A stretch of DNA of 64,000 nucleotides from Geosiphon pyriformis uo1 (lineage: Eukaryota; Fungi; Glomeromycota): assembly GCA_016748015.1 (NCBI GenBank), contig JAAOMT010000664.1, forward strand, positions 1,723,569 to 1,787,568. The letters run 5' to 3'. A model generated the notes under the pieces. The model searched no databases, was not told the DNA's origin, and was given only the letters and a program-made list of their open reading frames with translations. Positions within the stretch are counted from its first letter, which is position 1. Each line of letters starts with the position of its first letter. This document shows positions 24,789 to 38,679 of the stretch, piece by piece. A program made the position numbers and the translations under genes.

Positions 24789-25416
24789 CTATATAAGTAC
24801 TAATTTATTGTTTTAACAATAAAAAAATTAATGTTTAAAGTTTGATTTAATTTTGTTTTAATTAAAACATCTGTATATAAATTAAAAATTATAATTAAAA
24901 AATTGTTTTTAAAAAGTAAATAAATTAAAAAAGCTAATTTGAAATTTTTAATTTTTAGCAACATATTTGACTAAAATATTATTTATAATAATAATAATAT
25001 TAAAGTCTACAAAACTTAAATTTAAATTTAAAAAATATATATATATATTATTAAACTTATTAATAATCTAAAATTTAATATAAACTTTTATTTTTATTTT
25101 TATAATAATTAATATTATATTGCTTATATTTTTATGTTATTAAATTATATTATTTTGTTTAGCAAAAATATTTATTTTTTTGATATTATATGTCTTAATT
25201 TTTTAAATAAAATTAGTTATTAAAAAAAATTAGAGCCAATATAGATAATTTAATTTTATTAAAACAAACTTTACAAGATTTTTAAATTCCAATATATTGG
25301 TTTTTAGACTACTAATTTTGGCAATAAAAATCTTGAACTATTTATATTTAAAAATAAAAATAACAAAAATATTTATAATTATATTTAAACTAATAATTAT
25401 AGTAAAAGCTTTAATT

Positions 25417-28400
25417 TTTTTTATTTTATTTATTAATATTAATAAATACAGTTCAACCACTATCTAATATACTGAAATAAACAAATAAATCAAATTAAAC
25501 ATAGTTTATGCATTTTTTATATGTGATCAGCCACTTAAACCAATCAAGACAATATTATACATCTATAAGAACTTTTGTATTATTGTTCAAATCAGAAAAA
25601 AACAAACATGACTTATGTAAACCAAAACTAACAGCAAAAAACTCAATAATACCAAGCAAATGAATTACTTCTTTAGATATTAAACTAGACAAACTACATG
25701 ACAAACTAGACACTATTTCTGTATTATAAACTATACTACTCTTTTCTATGTTTGCCTTAAACTTAGATCTTAATAATTACAATTTATTACAATACTCATC
25801 TACTAAATGGCAAATAAAGTCAATTACCACCAAAACAACTCTTTTTTTATTCTTAAAAATAGATACTGTTTCCTTTACTCATTTCTTAAAAACAAAATTC
25901 TTGCATAAAACTGTATAAACACCAATATATAAAGTATTTAAAGAGAAAATTTATAATATTGAGGATAACAATAAAGAGCATTTCCCTACTAAAGACTTCC
26001 ACAGGCCAATATGACCAGAAATAATATTAAAACACACAAAAACATTCTTTGAATAAATAAAAACATGATTAAGCAATTCAACATTACTATATATTAAGCA
26101 CAAAATCCCAGATAATCTTTGTTATATAGTTTTTTGCAAACAGCAACCAGCAATCTTCTATAGATGGTTTTTATTATATATGTATACAAAGCAACTGATT
26201 TTTTACTGGTAAACGTAACCAACAGTAAGAGTTCAGATGCCAAACTAAGACAGTACAATTCCAATTTACACACTGAATGAATAATCTGTTTAAAACATTC
26301 ATATCAGGACTTACTTTTCACAGAGCCTAACAAACAGCTTAGTAAACATCATAAACAAAATAGTGAGCATTGCCCAAAATTATCTAACCATCTGTCACAA
26401 AAATTTTTTCATGAATTTTAATAGATAAAGCCAGATGTGACTATACTGCCATACAGGCAAAAACATTGGCCTAATTATTATCAAAGTCTTCTGAATGGTC
26501 TTTTATTTTTATTTATCTTATAGAAATGTCTTTTAGCTTTATTAAATTAGCTACATAATGTCTCTCTACTCAATATTTGTTTCAAAAATCAGGCCAACAT
26601 AGATTGCATTCTGACAAGCATATATTCAAAACTGTCTGGCTATTCATATGTAAAACTATTGAACAAGATAAAGAAACATATTTTAAAACCAAGACAATTA
26701 CTTGTAATTCCAATTATATTAAAGACAAAAAATTATCCATTTTAATACCTACATCCAATCCAATATTAAAGAAGTAAGCTGCTGCTTTACTAGCAACTTT
26801 TAATATCTTCAGATCCTTCAATGAATCATCAGTATAAACATTAATTGCTCTAGCTCACATTTTATGTAATCACTCATGTATTTCTAAGAACTCATCTAAG
26901 CAAAAAAAGTCTGAACAGCCAAGTTATTGGCACTCTTATTATATTCCACAGAAAAATTGTTCATATATACTAAAGTTTTTTCAAACTACAGAGGTATTGG
27001 ATCTTTCAAACTTAACTTTTTTCAATACTAAAAAGTTTTTTAATTCATAATTAAACCATGCTTGTTCAGCAAAATATTTCTGAAAGCAAAACCAAAACAT
27101 TTTAAGAAATACATTATATCAAAATAATAAGCATTTCCCAAAATTCTGGATATCAGAAAATGGTCAGGTCTATGAAATGCATTAGGTAAATTATTGGCCA
27201 AAGAAGTTTCAGTGTCCAAAAAAAATCTTCACAACACTAGCCAAAAAGTTATTCTTTAGATCAACCTTTAACTTAACAAAAAACTGCAAAGAGTTTAAAA
27301 GTACTCACTCCAAAACTTGTAAATTCAAAATGTGGTACTCAAACAATTGGCCAAGAATTTCAACAGCATTAGAAAACTCAACTACTGAAGCAATTTTGAT
27401 TTCAGTCTAAATCTGCTTAAAAAACTTTAAATTATATAAAGATGGATGGTACAAAGCCTTATTAGAAAAGTTTTTTGGCAAGTTGGCCTTGGATCTAAGC
27501 TTTTTTTTTATCATAAAATTTTATTTGTGACATACACTTTTTGACATAAAGCTAAACTGTATTCAGTAATTAACTATAAACTGCAAAACTGCTAAAACTA
27601 AATAAGAAAACTGTTTATCCAACACTGTTTTTTTGAAGACCAAATTCAAAAAGAACTTGATATTCAAATGTGTCTTAGCAAAATTTGGCTTGAACAATCT
27701 CTTTATTGACAAAAAAATACCCAAATATCTGTAAAATACATCATGCTTAGCTATAGAAATCAGCCGACCACTAATACATAAAGAGGTTTCAGATATTCTT
27801 TGGTTAATAGGAATTATTATTGTTTTGTTGTTATTAATAAAAATGTTATTAATACTAAAAAATTTATTTACAATGTTCAAAATATATTGTGTTAAAATCT
27901 GCTTATTTCTTACTTATATTGTATCATTAACAAAAGCATCCATTACAAAGAATAAAAACTTGCTTTTACTAATTTCTACCTGATCTGTTTTTGTCACAAA
28001 ATTAGAGTTGATTCTATATTTTCACAAATGTTTATGTTTCTTGATCTTATATAATAAAAAATTATAAAAAATCCTCTAAAGAAATAGTGAAAAAATTTCA
28101 TCCTAATCTAGCCTATCATGTATCTTATAACTATTTAAAAGATCAAGTCAATTATTACTGTGTTAACTCTGTTTTTATAAATATTTCCAAAAAACCTGAT
28201 AAACTTATTATATATTTTGATATATTTTAAACTTGATTTCAAATGATGCCAATCAACTAAATCATAAGTTTTGCATATGTTTTATAGAACCAACCAGATT
28301 TTTCATTTTTTTCTAGAGTATCTTCTACTATTAAGCCAACAGTAAACAAGAAAACTAAGTTGAAGTATTTTTTAGGACTGAAAAATTATCTCTACAAAAG

Positions 28401-31400
28401 AATATTGAGCTTGTTACAAACAGACAAAATCCAATCTAATAGAATTTTGGACAAATTTTTCTTGCAGTTTCAATTAAAATAATAGGATAGGTGTTGGTCA
28501 AAATGCCATTTCATTTATAAGACTTGGGAATCATCAAGACCAAAAGCTCTTTCTTACAGATCTGGAACATTACCAAGCTTCAAATACAAATTTAACAGAA
28601 CCAAGAGACATTTTATCAATTTGTTACTACAGTGTTTTTATAACTTATTTGATATGTTAAAAAAATTAACAGTTTTGCTATTAGGCAATTTACTTATCAC
28701 CAAAACCAATTTTCTCCAAGCTAATGTTATTCATAATACCAGAAAATGCATTGTTCTTTATGTGCTCCAAAAATATATATTAATAAGTCCACAAATCGGA
28801 CAGAACCAAAAAAATTATTGTTCAATTTATCATAATATTGTTAATCTCAGACTTTATTTCCTCTGGTTCCAAAATCAATTCTTCTTTAATTACCAAATAA
28901 TTCAAAACAACTTTGCAAAAATATTACTCCAGAACACTTTTTATTATGCTTCCCTTATTTGAACTGAAATTTTTTATATACTTTTTAATTGCTCTCTTGA
29001 TGGCTATATCTTTAGCAACTTCTGATTTATAATACTTGAACTTCTTATATCTTTTTTTAATTAATGACAATTGTTTAATAGTTTCCATTAAAAATGTATT
29101 ATTCTGAACTATAAAATCAATTATAAAAGTTTTTTTGCTGTTAATTGTCTACTATTTTTTGAAAAAGTGTACATACCTAGATTTGTTGTCTACTTTCAAT
29201 TCTCTTACAATCTTGACCACTTGTAATTTTAGCCCAAAAAACTTTGATAACTGCTTATTTTTTAAACACTCAAACTTACTAAACCAATGTTTAATAAAAG
29301 TAGCATCAGCTGAACTCATCATTATCTTTTTTATCTTATTCTACATGGCATTCAAATTGCCAAGAGCTTTTGCATCCAAAAATTTATCTATTATTATTGA
29401 AAGTCTGGTTGAAATGCACTCCTTAAAATAGATCTATTTGGTACTATTTGCATCTTTGATATTGAACTTCCAGCAATTCTTGTTTGTCTGTTTACAAATA
29501 TTATTTAGGTTTGTATTCAAAAGACCTCTTAACCTAATTAAAACCAAAACTGTCTTATAATTCATGTCAAAAAATTCAGACACAGAGCCAATCTCATGCA
29601 CTAAAACTATTGATAACAAATTTTTACTAATAAAAATATAGTCAATAATCTTTTTAGCTTCTCTGAAGTTATTTCAAGTAGGAATTTTAGCTAAAGAGTG
29701 TTTTTTAAATAAATTAATCAAACCCAAATCTGAATACTTCTTGAAGCTTATATTTTTTCTAGAACTATTTTTATTGAAATTACTACTCAGAACCATAAAA
29801 GAGCTAGAATTTACTACTTTGGAAATTATGGAGTTAATACTTAAAGCTTGGCCAAACTGTACACTAATAGATATACCAATATATAAATTCAGAATTGTAA
29901 CTAAAAGCTTGTATTTAAACAAAAAATGTATTGAAATCAACCAACTCAGAATCTTATTCACTTTTAACACATGTCAAACTAGAGAACTATTTATGATTAT
30001 GGCAATATTAACACTAAAAAAGCTTTTATTTAAACCAGAAGTAAAAATTCGAATCTTATTAAACTTATTTATGATTTATGGTCTAATTTTAGATCTTAAT
30101 TTTGTTTTAGTAATAATAAAAATCATGTTATCTGAATCCATATGCCAACAAACAATGTTTTTCTGCTTGGCAGGAACATTAAGACCTCTAACATTGCAAG
30201 TAGCAATCTTCTAAATCAGATCTGTTATTTAAAAGAAGAATCTTTTATATTTAAGCTAAAATTGACTACTTTAGTCATTAGACTCATAACTATAGTTAAC
30301 AAATTATTTATATATACTTTCAACTTAGAAACAATTGATGTATCAAGAACTACCATTCTCACTACAGTTTTATGACTAATGACTGTACTCAAACCCTTAC
30401 TTATTACTATATCTATTTTTTGATTCTGTAACAAAAAGGTTATTAATGGCTGACATTCAAAAATAGGCTGGAAAACTATTAATCCAAGTGCATTCAACCT
30501 TTTAACCAGCTTGTTAATCTTCTTTGTAAAGCTGGCAAGACTGCACTTAAAAGTGACAAATCTATTACTCATATACAAAAACACCAGTGGAAAAAGTTTA
30601 ACATCCAAAGATAAATTAGCACCAAAAAAACCAAAGGCACTATGCAAGAAAAAGAACCACAACAATTTAAGCCCAAGTTTTTTCTCCAAAAGACACTAAA
30701 TGGACAATTAGCACTTGTTTTTTCTTATAAATATTAGCCAAACAAATCTGATCCTGCAAAATTACCAACTGTTTACTGTAACTACCAGAATTTCTACTTA
30801 TAGAACATACACTAAAAACATAACTGAATTGTTTACATTGAGCACAACAAGCCAAAAAAAGACCAATTCAACACAAATTCACATTCTTAAAAACCAAAAT
30901 AAAACCAATAACAGCAATTTTAAATGTCTTATCAGCAAAACAAATTACAGCACACCTGTTATACACATATAAGTTTGAATTATGACCAATAAAACAAGTT
31001 TTCTTATTATATGATTTCAATAAACCAGAAAAATTATGAGTATTGGTGCCAACTAACAAAGTATATAACAAAGTTTAATATAAATTCTTAGATATTCATG
31101 ACTGTTTATTATTAATTACTAAAGCCACATACACAAAATTTTTTCTTATGAAAACTGATTATTTAAAAGCAACCAAACTGGCAATATTTGATGATTCAAA
31201 TTTTACCAAGGCTTTTTGTTAAAGACCAATTAATTATAATTTAATTAAAACAATCTTACCAAATTTCGAGAAAGCTAATTTTACTGCTAATTTGAAAAGA
31301 TCTACTGAGATCTTCTTAATGATCATCTCCCAATCTGTGCAGTCATTTGTTTTTCTTATATCATTATTAACCAGAATCTTCTTACTAATAGCCATCTTTT

Positions 31401-32257
31401 TAGCTTTTTTCAAATTCAACTCAGATATAAAAGAAGATCTGATTATTCCTGAAAATTTTGAGAGAGTAAAAGCTCTTCCAAAACCATTCACATTATAAAA
31501 ATCTTTTTGACATATAGTAATTTATTACCACTAGTTTTGTTAAAAACAACAAACAACTCAATATCCAAAGCAAACAATTTTGCCAAATTAAAACTTCATT
31601 TTTCCAAAACACATAATCTGACTAATAGAAGCAGTTTAAAATTATCAAACTTAAGTAACAAAAGCATTAAAATGTTATTGTTATCATTCAAATCTATAAA
31701 TAAAAAAGTTTTTGGTGGGTGGTCTAACATATATGTCTGAGTGTGAATTTTCTGTAGTGTGATATCATCCATATTATTTTTTATTATTAAATTATTTGAA
31801 TTAGCATAACTTGTTTTCTTGACAACCATATTTTTCATATTTTCTACATTTAAAAGATTACTAATACTGTTAGCTTTGCTATCAACTTTGCTATTCCAAA
31901 ACACTACAGAATTTCTATTAAAGATACCAATATTTTTAAGACACAAAAGGCAGCAGATAAGTTAACTATATTAATATCTGTATTAAGCTTCTTTAGTTTC
32001 TTATAAGATGTATTGCAGAAGTAAACACTCTCCATACATTTTTTTTTATGCTCAAACAAATCTCCAAACCAGCTAAACCTAAACCAAAACCACTAACAAA
32101 AGAGCTTATTAGATTTATTACAACAAAAAAAAGTAAGTTAGAAGAAATAATTAGAGGAATACAAAAGAGAAAAAGAGAAAGGACTAATCAAAACTTTGAA
32201 AATTCTTTGCTTTTGTCATGACCAAAAAATTGACAAAACAGAAAATTTTTTTAAATT
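25417..32257 (-). mobile_element. LINE-c: full-length, strongly decayed APE-RT-RNaseH LINE
   Basis: Fragments colinear with LINE-a/b (CCAQCKQFSY, CNVRG, FVND, YTDDS). T-run tail at 25417; TSD AAAGCTTTAATT 25405-25416 / 32258-32269. Confidence 0.88.
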
Positions 32258-32269
32258 AAAGCTTTAATT

Positions 32270-35200
32270 ATATTAAAAAAAATTAACAATTTATTTAATT
32301 TGCAAAACAACTTAGAATTTAATTAATTAAAAGTTTTAAAGATATTTTAAAATATTTAAACAACTTTATTAGAAAATAGATAATAAAAAACTATTAAAAA
32401 ATATATTAAAATATTTATTATTATTAATTTAAATTCAAATATGTTTTTAAAAAATATTAGTTAAATAATAAAAACTGTTTTTTTAATATAAATAAATATT
32501 AATTTATTCTTATCAAAATTTAAAAAAAAACTTTTTAATCTTAATTTTAAAAAATAAAGCTATATTTAATTTATATGCCAAATTTTTTATATATTTAACA
32601 CAAAAAAGTTTAATCTAGTTTAATTTAAATTACAATTTTTAATAATTAAAATTACAATTAAAGTTAATATTAATTTTTTTTGAATTTAAAACAAATAATA
32701 ACATATTTTATATAAGTATATATAATTGATTGTAATTAATTATACAAGTTTTAACTTTAAAAATTTTCGCAGATTATGTGTAATTGTTTTTATTAAAAAA
32801 GTATAAAATAAAGTTTTATTATTATTTTTAATATTTTATAAAGATTTATTAATATTAGTTTTAGTTATATATATTGTATTTTTTTAATTAAAATAAATTA
32901 TTTAAAAACCAAATAATTAATCTAATTATAATTATTAAACTTTATTAATATTTTTTATTATAGGTTTATTAATTATATAATTAATTCAATAATTTTAAAC
33001 TTAAAAAGTACAGTATATATAATTTTTAATATTTTTACAGAAATATCTTTAATTATTGCTGTTTAATTTATATATTATTATAGATTACTTAAAATTAATG
33101 TCTCTAATTATATTATTGTTATTAATTAAATCTGTAGTTTTTATTAAATTAGATTTGAAAATAAAAGTTACATAAACAATTTTACTAAATTTTAAAAAAA
33201 AAAATTTTCAAAATTATTAATACTTAAAAACAACTTTTTAATTAATTTTAACTTATTTTGAAAAATTTGTCATTAATTATTAGAAAATTAATATTTAAAA
33301 CAAAAAACTTATAAATACATTTATTTTAATCTTGAAAAAAAAAGTACTAAAATTATTATTATTATTTTTAAAGTTGATTTTACTTAAAAACTTTGTAATT
33401 ATTATGTAAGTTTTAATTTTTAATGCTTTTAAAATAGTATTCATATTTTTTTTTTTTTATTTTTTTTTTATTAATATTAGTAATAATTTTTTTTATTAAA
33501 TAAAATTTATTTATATCAATATTTTTTATTTTTGTTATATTATTAATATTAATATTACTCAAATTACTAATTAAAACAATTATTAAATAAAAAAAAGCCA
33601 ATATTATTGTTATTAAGTTTTAAAAAATTTTTGTTAATATAGCCAGAATTCAAACTTTTAGTATTTTTATTAAAACTTATAGCACTACCAAATTTGGTAG
33701 TAATCTTATATTTATATAAAAAATATATAAAAGTATTAAATTAAATATTAAAAACTATAATAATAATAAATAAAAATTTTCTTCAAAAAAAAACTTTTAG
33801 AAAATTATAGATAAAAAAAATTAGTTTTTAATAATTTGCATTTTTTTATTTTAAGTACATAAAAAATTTATATAATAATAATTTTACAAAAATTTAGTTT
33901 TAATAAAAAAATATTATATTACTTATTAATTATCAAATAATTATATTAATATAAATATTAAAATTAAAATTAAAGTTTATAAGTCAATATTATTAATATT
34001 AATTAAATTTATTATTATAATATTAATATTAAAATACGTTTTTAAAAAAAATTCATATAAATAAATAAATAAATATATATATATATGCAAATTAAAAACA
34101 AAATTTAACAGACTAAACTTTTAAATAAGTATTATATAAAAAAACACAAGATTACTAAAATAAATTTAAACAAAAAACTAATTATTAATCAAGTAAAAAT
34201 AAAAACTTCTTTTAAAAATTTTAAATATTAAATTAATAAACTAAATAATTATTATTTAAACAAGTATTATTTATAAAATCTTAAAAGTTTTTTTAAAAAT
34301 TATAATAACATATTTATTTTAATAATAATTATTAATTTATTTACTATGTTTATAAATACTTAAAAAATATTTGCCTAAAAATCTGGTTAATAATATAAAT
34401 TAATACAAAACAATTTCAATATAGTATCTTAATTTATAAATAAAAATTGATACTATAAGAACAATAAATTTAAATATTTATATAATAAAAATACTGTATT
34501 ATAAACTATTAGTTGTAGTTTACAAAATATATTATAACAAATATTTAAGTATTATATAAATTAATATAAAAATCAAATTATTAAATTATGTATTTATTTA
34601 TATTGCTAATATATATATTAAATTAGATATTGTTTATAAATATATAACTACATAATTTAAAGATTTTAATAAATTAAAAATTATTACTTAAGAATATTAA
34701 TTTGGTTTCTATAAAACAGATTTATATGGTTTCAACAAAAAGTTTTATGTTTAAAAGTTGGTATGGCAAAATCTTAAAAGTTTTCAAATTTACCAAATTA
34801 ATAATCAAAGAAATTGTGAAATTTATATAATTTTTTGTAATTATACATAAAAAAAGTATGAATAACAACAACTAAGATAAAAATAAAACATAAAAAACAT
34901 AATATAATCTAAAAAAAGATTAAAATAATTAGCTATAATGCGGCTGGCAAATTATATACTGTTATTTTGGAAAATAAAATCATGTTTAGAATGGGTTATC
35001 TAAATTATTCTGGTTATATTAACAAGCTAAAATTTTATTTATCTGTTTATAAGTATTTAATAAAGAATATGCATATAGTAAAGGTGGTTGGAAAATTTTC
35101 AAATCGTGTATAATGTTGTCTTAATTGGCTTGAATGGCTGGTTACATGCAAAAAAAAAGCATAAACTGTGTTTATATAAGATGATTAAATTTTATGTAAA

Positions 35201-35500
35201 TAGATAACACTTTATTAAGCAATAAAATAATAATAATAATAATAATTATATGTGGTTGTTTATTAATTTGATTTTGAATTTTAACACATTTTATAATATT
35301 ATTGTTTTATAAAGTCTTTTGGATTGAAAGTTGGTTTTAAAAGCTTTTTTAAAAAAATAAAATAACAAAATAAATACAGAAAAAATTTTAAATTAAAACA
35401 AATAAAAAAATCAAGAAATTAGATTTTGGCATAGTATATAACTTTTTAATGGGTCTTACAAAAATTGTTTAGAGGTTTTGAGAATTTATGCATATGTTTT
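32270..35500. other. Extremely AT-rich tract, probably terminally decayed repeats; contiguous with 24789-25416 before LINE-c insertion
   Basis: Almost no C/G and no credible ORF; joined to 24789-25416 by the LINE-c TSD. Confidence 0.5.
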
Positions 35501-36791
35501 ATAATAACTCTGCCTTAATTTGTCTCGTAACTCCTATTTTTAACTGTCCTGTTTTAAATTTAAAGAGCTGGATTAAATTTGTTTAAAACGTTCAAAGACT
35601 TTGTTTTTTGACTATTTCAAATTTGATATGTACAATATTGACGATTAGGTATTTGGGGCTTTTATAGCAAACATGACAAATGAGTAAGAAAGATTTCTAT
35701 TTTCGGGATGAACGGGAATTTTGTGATACCTTGATTAGAAATTAATATTTTAGGGCGCATTCAATAATTAAACTTATTTTCTTAAAGTCTTTATATGAGA
35801 AAGCTTTTTTTAGATAAGTCGCTACAATTTAATTGTTTATTTTAGTGATAACGAATACAAATTGATCAAGAAGGTTTAGTAATATATTTAGCAAGGAGTT
35901 ATTTTTAGTAATTTTTTTGCGTTGGGTTTTGAGAGAATACAATATAGTACTCAAATTGAAACACATTGATAAAAGTGAAAACAAATTAAATTAAAAAAAT
36001 TTCCAACATACCCCAAAAGTATTATTTTCAAACGGGACCAAATGTGATAGAAAATAACAATTGTATTAATATTGAAGAAAACCTTTTTAAAGCAACATGT
36101 GACAATTTTATGTAAAAACATTAAAATTTTATTTTTGCTTAATTCAAATATAATGTTGATACGTTTAATATTTTAGTACGTAACGTTATGCAAGTTAAGG
36201 ATTATATGATTTTAAATACTCAAAACAATTATTATACTACTTTTAATTCTGTTTTAAATACCAAGAATTTTCACAGTTGTTACAGTTTGTTCTTGAATTG
36301 AATTTTTAAGATTAATATTTGGTTTAATAATCTGAATTTTTATAAATCTTTATAAAAAACAAATTAAAAATCAAAAACATCAAATTTACAAATATTATAG
36401 TATGTAAAAAAATTTCAAAAAAATATAATTACATTTTTACATCATTTTTTTTGATAAATGTAAATTTTGGTGCGTTTTGATTGTTTTTATTATTATTAAT
36501 AAAATTAATTGAGTTTTTAATAACAATTCAATATTAAAAAAATACAGTCATCTAATATCAAGATTGATTATTAATAAATATGTTTACATATATTGAGGTC
36601 AACAAATTCGAATGTTCAAAATTAATCCTTAATTTTTATTTTTAGATCATTTTAAAAAATCCCAATTCCAATGTCAAACCTCTCAATATTTCATTTACTA
36701 ATTGAAAAGCTAAAATGACCAAACAAAGAAATTTAAAAAATACATATATTTTGGATTCTCTAGTTTTAATACCTGAAAATGGTTTAATTTG

Positions 36792-38233
36792 TTATTTTGT
36801 AGCTTCTGAAAAATTATGAAAATAATCATACAATCTGAGAAGATTCCTCTCTAACATTGCAATGGTAACTTTACCAACAGACGGAACATAAATACTAGCC
36901 TTTTCTGTAACAGTATCTTCGAAATTTTTGAAGGCAGAGAAATTAATGGCATTTACACCGTCGCGTAACAAGGCAGTAGGAAGTTTATATGCTTTGGTCG
37001 GAACTCCTGTTATCACTACATCGCATAATGGGATGATATCTTCTAATGTCGCATCAGTTTTTTCTACCTATAAATGAATATAAGAATGGTATGGATTAAT
37101 AACAACGTTAAGACTTGACCAGATTAAGCTAATGCCTCATATGAAATACTTTATGCATATGCCATTTTAATCCAGTTCCTCGAGTAAATCTTTCAATATT
37201 ATTAATATCGACCGAATAGACCATTGCACCATCATTGGCAAGCAACGCAGCTAAAGGTCGACCAACAACTTCACTTCGATTTATAACTGCAATTACACGT
37301 CCATACAGACGATTACCAAATGGGAGTACAGTATTGTAAACGCCAATATACTCTAAAACCTAAATAGTGGAAGATCAAGAGGGCAGATGTCAATATGAGT
37401 TTAAGAAAATTTGATCACTTTACCATACCTTTACAATTCCTAAAGGGGTACATGGAATTATACTCTTTTTTGATGAATCTTGATCAATAAACCTATGGTT
37501 ATGATACATATTGGAGACATACATGTGACATAGACCTTCCACGTCTTTTCGATAATCGACAATATTTTGAAGATAATGATCCTATAAAAGGAGAATATAG
37601 GATAACCTTGAGTTTTATGTTCTAATCCATCGGATTCTGTGTTATCACGGGTTTGGCATCGATATTATTAGACAAAAAATCCATAATAGGAACCATTAAT
37701 ATTATCTTTTATTAAGATACCTGCCGATCTCCGTAGACAGGATAGTAAATCATCATTCCATCTACATCTTTGTCTTCGTTAGCCTCCATGATTCGACCTT
37801 CCAATTCCTCACGATCACACTTTCTCAATTTGAAGTTGATGCCAATATCGGAACAAGATTTTGCGGTCCATTCGGCATATTTGACCGCCGCAGGGTCTTT
37901 ATTTGCCAAAAAACCAACGAGTGTTGGGCGGAAACCGCGTGAGGCGATTATATTTTTAACTTCATCCCTTGTACAATTAGTTCATAGGGGGGAGTTTGTG
38001 GTATTAATGAAGATGTTAGTAATTTACATCGCGATCCAAATATGAAGAAGACGCTATAAGTTGAAAGTTGGGCGACGAATGCACATTTTTTTTACCATTT
38101 CAGCACAGCTTCTTTCTTTTCGTCTGGTTTGGCTGAGACCAGAAAAAAGATAAAATAAAGTGGGTAGGTATGGTATTTCTGCTTACCTATAACCTTGAGC
38201 GATCTCGGCTGCTAAGATAGTTTTGCAAGACAT
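36792..38233 (-). CDS. MTD1: NAD-dependent methylenetetrahydrofolate dehydrogenase; exons 38233-38187, 37967-37721, 37581-37429, 37359-37150, 37067-36792
   Basis: Spliced translation contains GFLANKDPAA, KDVEGL, SIIPCTPLGIVK, INRSEVVGRPLAALLANDGAMVYSVD and YVPSVGKVTIAML, typical of yeast Mtd1. Introns are GT-AG. Confidence 0.93.
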
Positions 38234-38679
38234 GGTAGAAAAATTATGGACGCAAAAATCGAGTACGGTTGATAGTAGAATTATAAAATGAAAATCTGTA
38301 GATGTTAATTATACTATTCCCGATTTGCAAACCGAGTTTTTGAAAACTCAAATATCTTCAAATTGACATATCAACCTTTTTCTATACCGTATTGTTTCAA
38401 ACTAGCATTATTTTGAATGACAGGTTTTTTCTAAACCTTGGGATTACCAAAAATTGACACAACTAATATAGCGTATAATATATGTGAATCGTCCGTCTAT
38501 CATGAATTACAATGGTACTAAACACAGTTTTAGAATATGAAAAAAGAATACAAATAGTCTTTTGGTGATTAGGGCATACGTAAAAAATTGCGCAAAAAAA
38601 ATTTCAAGATCAAAGAAAATGTAGTATTTGTGAGGGGGGATAAGGAGAACTGAGAATAAAGAGAAAATACAATTTGTAT

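Noticed and set aside
33413-33601. Short Ile/Lys/Asn-rich ORFs in AT tracts (also 55797-56003)
   Set aside because: Compositional artefacts of AT-decayed DNA.
33630-33705. 18-bp palindrome ACTACCAAATTTGGTAGT (33684-33701) near a B-box-like GCCAGAATTCAAAC; possible tRNA/SINE relic or Helitron hairpin
   Set aside because: No cloverleaf or element ends can be reconstructed; too decayed to support.
37968-38186. AAG acceptor in MTD1 intron 1
   Set aside because: Uncommon but known 3' splice site with a CTAAT branch point; not notable.
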